Positions 16,107 through 21,433 of a stretch of DNA of 21,433 nucleotides are shown here, in pieces. The translations under genes and the position numbers were made by a program. The notes beneath the pieces were generated by a model. That model did not search any database, had not been told where the DNA came from, and saw only the letters and a program-made list of their open reading frames with translations. This stretch comes from Chthoniobacteraceae bacterium (GTDB taxonomy: Bacteria; Verrucomicrobiota; Verrucomicrobiia; Chthoniobacterales; Chthoniobacteraceae). The stretch is from assembly GCA_040081625.1 (NCBI GenBank), contig JBEBGD010000094.1, positions 1-21,433 on the forward strand. Direction: 5' to 3'. The stretch's first letter is position 1; each line of letters opens with the position of its first letter.

Positions 16107-18076
16107 ACACTCGATCGCTCCTCCTCGCCCTCGTCCCCGCGCTCGCCTGCGCGCAAACCGACCTGAACGTGCTGCCACCGCCAGACCCGAAGCAGCCGAT
16201 GGCGCAGCTTCAGACGTGGCTCGAGCAGCAGTGTTTCGCCGCGCTCGATCGGCGCACCGCGGCTTACGAGAAGGTGAAGTCGCCGGAGCAGATCGCCGCT
16301 TGGCAGACGGAGCGGCGCGAGTTTTTCGTGCGGCAACTCGGCGGCTTTCCCGAGCGCACGCCGCTCAATGCGCAGACCGTCGCGACGCTCGATCGCGGTG
16401 ATTACACGATCGAGAAAGTCATCTTCGAGAGCGAGCCGAAGCATCACGTCACGGCGCTGCTCTATCTGCCGAGGACGAAGGCGCCGTATCCCGGCGTAAT
16501 CGTGCCGTGCGGTCATAGCGCCAACGGAAAGGCCGCCGAGGCGTATCAGCGCGCGTGCATTCTCCTCGCGAGGAGCGGCATCGCGGCGCTGTGCTACGAC
16601 CCGATCGGCCAGGGCGAGCGCGCTCAGATTCTCAAGCCCGACGGCAAGGCTGCGTTCAACTCCACGCAGGAGCACACGCTCGTTGGCGTCGGCTCGATCC
16701 TGCTCGGCACGAACACCGCGCGGCATCGCATCTGGGATGGAATGCGCGCGCTCGACTACCTCGCGAGCCGGCCCGAGGTGGATGCGAAGCGGCTCGGCTG
16801 CACGGGCAACTCCGGCGGCGGCACGCTCACGTGTTACCTCATGGCGCTCGACGATCGCATCGCCGTCGCCGCGCCATCGTGTTACCCGACGACTTTCCGC
16901 GAGCTGCTCAAAGCCGGGCCGCAGGACGCGGAGCAAAACATTTTCGGGCAGATCGCGTTCGGCATGGACATCGCGGACTACACGCTCATGCGCGCGCCGA
17001 AGCCGACGCTGATCAACGCCGCGACGCTCGACACGACCTTCACGATCGCGGGTGCATGGGATCTTTTCCGCGAAGCGAAGCGGTTTTACACGCGCATGGG
17101 CTACGCGAATCGCGTCGAACTCACCGAGGCGGACGCACCGCACGGCTTTACCACGCACCTCCGTGTCGGCTCCGCGCGCTGGATGTCGCGCTGGCTGCTC
17201 AAGAGCGACGCCGAAGTCGTCGAGGACGAAAAGACGCCGATCCTCACCGACCCCGAGGCGCTCTGCTCACCGAAAGGCCAGGTGATGCTGATGCCTGGCG
17301 AGCGTTCGACCTTCGACATCAACGCCGACATCGAGACGAGACTCGCGGCGCAACGACGTGATCTTTGGGCAAACAAGGCGGATGCGCTCGCGAAGGTGCG
17401 CGGGGTCGCCGGCGTGCGGCGTCTCGCCGAACTGCCGGACCCGAGGCAGCGCAGCGTCGGCGTGATCCAGCGCGAAACGTGTCGCGTCGAGAAGCTCGTG
17501 ATCGAGCCCGAGCCCGGCATCGAATTGCCCGCGCTGCGCTTCACACCGCCGCGGCCCGGCGGCGAGCCGGTGCTCTTTCTCCACGAGACCGGCAAAGCGG
17601 CGGACCTGCCTGCGATCGAACAGCTCATCGCGAAAGGCCACGTCGTGCTCGCTGTCGATCTGCGCGGCATGGGCGAGACGCAGAACCGCGGCAGAAAATG
17701 GTATGGCTCGACGTTCGGCCCGGCGGCGGGCGAGTTCTTCCTCGCGTATCTGCTCGGCAAATCGCTCACCGGGCTGTGGACCGAGGACGTGCTGACCTGC
17801 GCGAGGTTGCTCGGCGCTGACGGGACGAGGGTCCGCATCGTGGCCATCGGAAATGCGGGAGTCGCCGCGCTGCACGCCGCCGCGCTCGAGCCGGAGATGT
17901 TCACGGCGCTCACGCTGCGCCGCACGCTCGGGTCGTGGGCCGAGGTCGTGCGCACGCCCTCAGCCCCGGCGCAGTTGGCCACCGCCATTCACGGCGCGCT
18001 GGGGATTTACGACTTGCCCGATCTCGTCGCGTCGCTCGGCGCGAAGGTCATCATCGAAGAGCCCGCCAAGCCATGA
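16103..18076 (+). CDS. Secreted tandem alpha/beta-hydrolase (acetylxylan-esterase-like carbohydrate esterase)
   Basis: 657 aa from ATG 16103 (ATGA overlap). Signal MNTRSLLLALVPALACA; IEKVIFES; PCGH; YDPIGQGER; WDGMRALDYL..RPEVD; GNSGGG (16805-16822); QDAEQ; APHGF. A second hydrolase-like repeat follows (VEKLVIEPEPG..AVDLRGMGE). Confidence 0.87.
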   Translation: MNTRSLLLALVPALACAQTDLNVLPPPDPKQPMAQLQTWLEQQCFAALDRRTAAYEKVKSPEQIAAWQTERREFFVRQLGGFPERTPLNAQTVATLDRGDYTIEKVIFESEPKHHVTALLYLPRTKAPYPGVIVPCGHSANGKAAEAYQRACILLARSGIAALCYDPIGQGERAQILKPDGKAAFNSTQEHTLVGVGSILLGTNTARHRIWDGMRALDYLASRPEVDAKRLGCTGNSGGGTLTCYLMALDDRIAVAAPSCYPTTFRELLKAGPQDAEQNIFGQIAFGMDIADYTLMRAPKPTLINAATLDTTFTIAGAWDLFREAKRFYTRMGYANRVELTEADAPHGFTTHLRVGSARWMSRWLLKSDAEVVEDEKTPILTDPEALCSPKGQVMLMPGERSTFDINADIETRLAAQRRDLWANKADALAKVRGVAGVRRLAELPDPRQRSVGVIQRETCRVEKLVIEPEPGIELPALRFTPPRPGGEPVLFLHETGKAADLPAIEQLIAKGHVVLAVDLRGMGETQNRGRKWYGSTFGPAAGEFFLAYLLGKSLTGLWTEDVLTCARLLGADGTRVRIVAIGNAGVAALHAAALEPEMFTALTLRRTLGSWAEVVRTPSAPAQLATAIHGALGIYDLPDLVASLGAKVIIEEPAKP

Positions 18077-19854
18077 AGCACGCATCCGCCATCACTTTCC
18101 TGTTCGCCGCCACGTTGTCCGCCGCGGAATTTTTTCCGAACGATTCGCGCCACTGGTCGCGGGTGGGCGACGCAGTCGTGCTTACAGATTTCGCGAAGGC
18201 CGAGCCTGCGACGGCGCTGATCACCGGCAAGCGCGAGAAGGGGAAATGGAAGCTGATTCCATTCACGACGGCGGAATCAAAGGGCACGGCGCTCTCCGCG
18301 TATGGCGGCACCGCGCCGGCGCCGGTGCGGCTGCCGCTGGCGGCGCGCGGCTGGCACGCCGTGTATGTCGGGCTCGCGACGACTTCCGGCGGCTTCAACA
18401 TCGGCCCGAACGGAATCAAGGCGCGGCTGAGCGATGAGCCGGTCTTCAAGCGCATGGCGTGCAATCTCGACTTGCTGCCGAACCGGCGCGCGGTGATCCA
18501 GGAGCAGTATCTTGCCGTCGCGGAGTTGAAAGGGCAGTCGATCGAGATCGCGCCGTTGCCGGGCCGGCCGGCGAACGTCTGCTACGTGAAGCTCGTGCCG
18601 CTGACGACGGAGGAAGCGAGCCGCACGGCGCCGCGCACACGCACTTCGATTGCGACGTTCGATGGGCATAGCTGGATCTGGCCGTATCGTCCGACGACGG
18701 CGGAGCAACTCGCCGAGGAGTTTCGCGGCTTCGAGGACTCGGACGTCGGCAAGTGGTGGTTCCAGGTCACCGGCGCCGACCTCGTGAACTACCCGTCGAA
18801 GATCGGCACGTATTCCGGCGAGGGGACGACCGATTTCCCCAGCGGCAGCTACGCGGCAGTCACGCGCTCACTGGAGACGCTTTTCAAATTGGGCATCAAC
18901 CCGCTCAAGGTCGCGCGCGACGCGGCGCGGGCGCAGGGCGCGGAGTTTCACGTGATGCTGCGGCCCGCGGGCTGGGTCGGCTCGATGCCTTACGAGGAGA
19001 CGTTCAACAGCAAGTTCTACTACGCGCATCCCGAGTGGCGCTGCTTCGATCGCGATGGCACGCCGACGTTTTTCATGAGCTACGCGGTGCCGGAAGTGCG
19101 GCGGCAATTGATCGAGATTTTCCGCGAGACGCTCGCGCTGCAACCCGACGGCGTGGGCTTCCTTTTCAATCGCGGGATGCCGCTGATGCTTTGGGAAGAC
19201 GCGTTCTGCGCGCGCTTCAAACAGATGCACAACGCCGACGCGCGCGAAGCCGGCGACGACGATCCGCGCATCTACGCGACGCGCGCCGCGGTGATGACGG
19301 ACTTCATGGCGGAAGTGCGCGCGCTGCTCGACGAGACCGCGCGCGCCCAAGGCCGCACGACTCCTTACAAAATCTCGCTCGGCACTTTCGCGAAGGAAGC
19401 GGACAACGTGAAATGGGGTCTCGACTTGCCGCGCTGGATCGAGCGCGGGCTCGTCGATGAGTTGGCGACGACGTGGTTCGCGTATCACACGTCGTTCGAG
19501 AAAACGCCCGGCAAGATCGACATGGACTACTACCGCCGCATCACGAAGGGCACGAAGACGAAGGCGTATCCGATGGTGATCGCGTGGAAGACCGGCAAGC
19601 CGCAGGAGCTTTGCAAGCAAGTCGCCGGCTATCTTGCCGCCGGTGATCCCGGCATTGCGATCTGGGATCCGCAGGTGGAGAAACCGTGGCCCGAGGGCTC
19701 GCCGGGAAATGTCTTCGACGTGCTCGGCCGACTCGGCGACCGCGAGCGCGTCGCGCGCTGGGCGAAAAACGGCGTGCCGCAGCCGCTCACGATTCCACTC
19801 ACGCGGCTCGACGAGAATTATTTCAGCCGCTGGTTTCCGAACACCGGATTTTGA
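18073..19854 (+). CDS. Secreted protein with N-terminal beta-sandwich and glycoside hydrolase-like 10 (GHL10/DUF187-type) TIM barrel
   Basis: 593 aa from ATG 18073 (ATGA overlap). Signal peptide; INPLKVARDAARAQGAEFHVMLR; SKFYYAHPEW; MSYAVPEVRRQLIEIFRE..PDGV; GLDLPRWIERGLVDEL, which match the GHL10 pattern (DPL..AH..G.E.H; HPEW; PEVR; DG; W...GLVD). Confidence 0.7.
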   Translation: MKHASAITFLFAATLSAAEFFPNDSRHWSRVGDAVVLTDFAKAEPATALITGKREKGKWKLIPFTTAESKGTALSAYGGTAPAPVRLPLAARGWHAVYVGLATTSGGFNIGPNGIKARLSDEPVFKRMACNLDLLPNRRAVIQEQYLAVAELKGQSIEIAPLPGRPANVCYVKLVPLTTEEASRTAPRTRTSIATFDGHSWIWPYRPTTAEQLAEEFRGFEDSDVGKWWFQVTGADLVNYPSKIGTYSGEGTTDFPSGSYAAVTRSLETLFKLGINPLKVARDAARAQGAEFHVMLRPAGWVGSMPYEETFNSKFYYAHPEWRCFDRDGTPTFFMSYAVPEVRRQLIEIFRETLALQPDGVGFLFNRGMPLMLWEDAFCARFKQMHNADAREAGDDDPRIYATRAAVMTDFMAEVRALLDETARAQGRTTPYKISLGTFAKEADNVKWGLDLPRWIERGLVDELATTWFAYHTSFEKTPGKIDMDYYRRITKGTKTKAYPMVIAWKTGKPQELCKQVAGYLAAGDPGIAIWDPQVEKPWPEGSPGNVFDVLGRLGDRERVARWAKNGVPQPLTIPLTRLDENYFSRWFPNTGF

Positions 19855-19887
19855 ATCCTCACCGATGAAAGATCGCTGGCAAACACT

Positions 19888-21138
19888 ATGAACCTCCCGT
19901 CCTCCGCACAATTCACACGCCGCCAATTTATCGGTCGGTCCGCGTTCGGCATCGGCACGGCCGCGTTCGCCGGCGGGCTGATGCCCTCTTCCGCCGCTCC
20001 GCCGAAGCAGGTGAACTGGATCAGGGAGCGCATCGCGCGCGGCATCGATCCGCTGGCGGGTGCGACGGTGTGGCAGTTGACCAGTGGCGCGATGATTACC
20101 CACGCCATTTACGGCGAGCAGCTCTATTGTTCCGCCGACGGCACGCGCATCGCGTTGCTGCGCTGCTATTCGACGGATTACAAGGACGGGCCGATGGAGT
20201 TGTGGGTGGCCGACTTGAACAACGAGAGCGTGACGCTGCTCGGCCCGGCGGCGTTCTTCCTCGTGGCCGGCAACGGCGAGCAGGACAGCATTTACTATCT
20301 GCGTCGCAACGGCAGCGATGCGCCAACGATCGTGCGAGTGACGCTCAAGACGCTGGAGCAGACGGAGGTGTTTGCGTTCGGGAAGTGTCCGGTGCCGGAG
20401 TCGCGCGGATTGCTCGCGGTCAGTCCGGACGGGCGCTACTGCATGATCATCCGCCGGCTCGGGGAACGTCGCTTCGGCATCGAACGCATCGACCTGAAAA
20501 GCGGCACGTGGCAGTTGATCCACGAGAAGGACGATATCTTCAACGCGCACCTCCAGTTCAGCCCCGCGGGCGGCGACGTGATGGTGCAGCAGAATCGCGG
20601 GGGACTGCTGGATGAAGCCCGGAATGTCGTCCGTAGCGTCGGCCCGGAAGGCGCGACGCTTTACGTGATCGATCAGGACGGGAAGAACGAGCGCGCGCTT
20701 CCCATCGGCAAGCCACACACGCCACCGGTGACCGGGCACGAATGCTGGCTCGGGAAAACAGGCCGCGTCCTGCTGACGACCGAACGCGGGCGGATCATCA
20801 CGGCGGCGCCGGGCGATGCGGAGGCCACGCTCATCGCCGACGGTCGCGCATACATCCACATCTCCGCGTCACCGGACGGGCGGTTCTTTGTCGCGGACGA
20901 CATCAAGACAAGCCGCCTTTATCTCGGCTGTATTGCGACCAAACGCGTTCTGCCGTTTTGCGACACGGGCGCCAGCAGCGGCTCGCCGCAATACACGCAC
21001 ACGCATCCCTACATCACGCCCGGCAACCACCGCGTGATCTTCAATTCCGACCGCACCGGCATCTGCCAGGCCTATGCGGCGAGCATTCCGAAGGAGTTGC
21101 TCGAAATGCTGGAAGCCGGTGATGCTCTCAAAAAGTGA
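19888..21138 (+). CDS. Oligogalacturonate lyase (PL22)-like beta-propeller, Tat-exported
   Basis: 416 aa. TRRQFI leader; DPLAGATVWQLT; FNAHLQFSP; TGHECW; YIHISASPDG; PQYTHTHPYITPG..VIFNSDRTG (the PL22 QxxHxHP metal motif). Confidence 0.78.
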   Translation: MNLPSSAQFTRRQFIGRSAFGIGTAAFAGGLMPSSAAPPKQVNWIRERIARGIDPLAGATVWQLTSGAMITHAIYGEQLYCSADGTRIALLRCYSTDYKDGPMELWVADLNNESVTLLGPAAFFLVAGNGEQDSIYYLRRNGSDAPTIVRVTLKTLEQTEVFAFGKCPVPESRGLLAVSPDGRYCMIIRRLGERRFGIERIDLKSGTWQLIHEKDDIFNAHLQFSPAGGDVMVQQNRGGLLDEARNVVRSVGPEGATLYVIDQDGKNERALPIGKPHTPPVTGHECWLGKTGRVLLTTERGRIITAAPGDAEATLIADGRAYIHISASPDGRFFVADDIKTSRLYLGCIATKRVLPFCDTGASSGSPQYTHTHPYITPGNHRVIFNSDRTGICQAYAASIPKELLEMLEAGDALKK

Positions 21139-21151
21139 CGAGAGTGCCCCC

Positions 21152-21286
21152 ATGAATTCACTCATCGAAACCCCGGGCTTCCCTACCCGCCGGCAATTCC
21201 TTGGCCGCAGCGCGGTGGGGATCGCCACCGCACTGGGCGCCTGGCTGAAGTCGGCCGCGGCGCAGATGGAGGCCGCCGATGTCTGA
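21152..21286 (+). pseudogene. 44-aa orphan ORF made mostly of a twin-arginine leader; probable gene remnant or fusion scar (alternatively a small peptide)
   Basis: MNSLIETPGFPTRRQFLGRSAVGIATALGAWLKSAAAQMEAADV*. It starts 13 nt after the PL22-like stop, and its own stop overlaps the next ATG (ATGTCTGA). Confidence 0.55.
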
Positions 21287-21433
21287 TTCGAAGCGTTCCG
21301 TGGGCCTGATGCTCGAATACCTCCAGACCGAGGGCCACCTGAGCGCCGGCGCGCTGGCGCGTGCGCGCGCGCGGCTCGGCCGGCCCGCCGGCGGGACCCA
21401 CTGGGCGATTCAGGCGGTGATGGCCGGCGCCGC
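21279..21433 (+). CDS. 5' part of a probable membrane protein (possibly DUF4401-like), runs off window
   Basis: GGAGG at 21268-21272, 6 nt before ATG 21279. Open frame MSDSKRSVGLMLEYLQTEGHLSAGALARARARLGRPAGGTHWAIQAVMAGA... The family guess rests only on this N-terminal pattern. Confidence 0.55.
   Translation, partial: MSDSKRSVGLMLEYLQTEGHLSAGALARARARLGRPAGGTHWAIQAVMAGA

Noticed and set aside
16103..16156. Lipoprotein lipobox in the esterase leader (PALAC)
   Set aside because: The -3 residue is Ala rather than L/V/I. Signal peptidase I cleavage after ACA is at least as plausible.
11297..18072. ORF-track starts at 11297, 12262, 14880, 15563 and 17935
   Set aside because: They overlap upstream genes extensively. 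Downstream starts at 11339/11333, 12490, 14934, 16103 and 18073 give signal peptides and, except for 11339 and 12490, 4-nt stop/start overlaps.
19855..21280. Impression of slightly more A/T-ending codons in the PL22-like gene (foreign origin)
   Set aside because: Visual impression only; needs a GC3 or codon-usage calculation that I cannot run.
7269..21401. Many alternative-frame and minus-strand ORFs over the enzyme cluster (e.g. 9801-11399, 12715-14253, 18868-20859)
   Set aside because: They fully overlap well-supported plus-strand genes, and their composition is typical of off-frame GC-rich translation.

Overview
High-GC bacterial DNA, probably from the PVC superphylum and most likely Verrucomicrobiota (inferred from the DUF1501 and PSCyt/PSD1 genes plus a PATR-repeat giant protein). 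Two divergent blocks meet at a 141-bp intergenic region (6880-7020). (1) Minus strand, <1-6879: one uninterrupted ORF of at least 2293 aa, missing from the supplied ORF track because its stop lies outside the window. Translated by hand, it is a giant surface or secreted protein. Its parts, in order: N-terminal hydrophobic segment, prodomain with a YHS/TRASH-like Cys/His motif, Gly linker, metzincin Zn-protease (HEVGHNFGLNH, Met-turn EYGNPFDQMG, M11/M6-like), PKD, carboxypeptidase-regulatory-like domain, Ig/cadherin-like domains, LamG, a second beta-sandwich and autotransporter-associated (PATR) repeats. Three modules appear inserted inside other domains. (2) Plus strand, 7021->21433: a tightly coupled run of mostly exported proteins. 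In order: DUF1501, ceramidase-like metalloamidase, FGly sulfatase, GH50/agarase-like TIM barrel, PSCyt1-DUF1549-DUF1553 cytochrome, calcineurin-like metallophosphoesterase, tandem alpha/beta-hydrolase esterase, GHL10-like TIM barrel, PL22 oligogalacturonate-lyase-like propeller, a 44-aa orphan twin-arginine-leader ORF and the start of a probable membrane protein. Several enzymes appear to have non-canonical catalytic residues. I saw no RNA genes, CRISPR arrays or mobile elements. All family calls come from motif recognition by eye; no database search was run.
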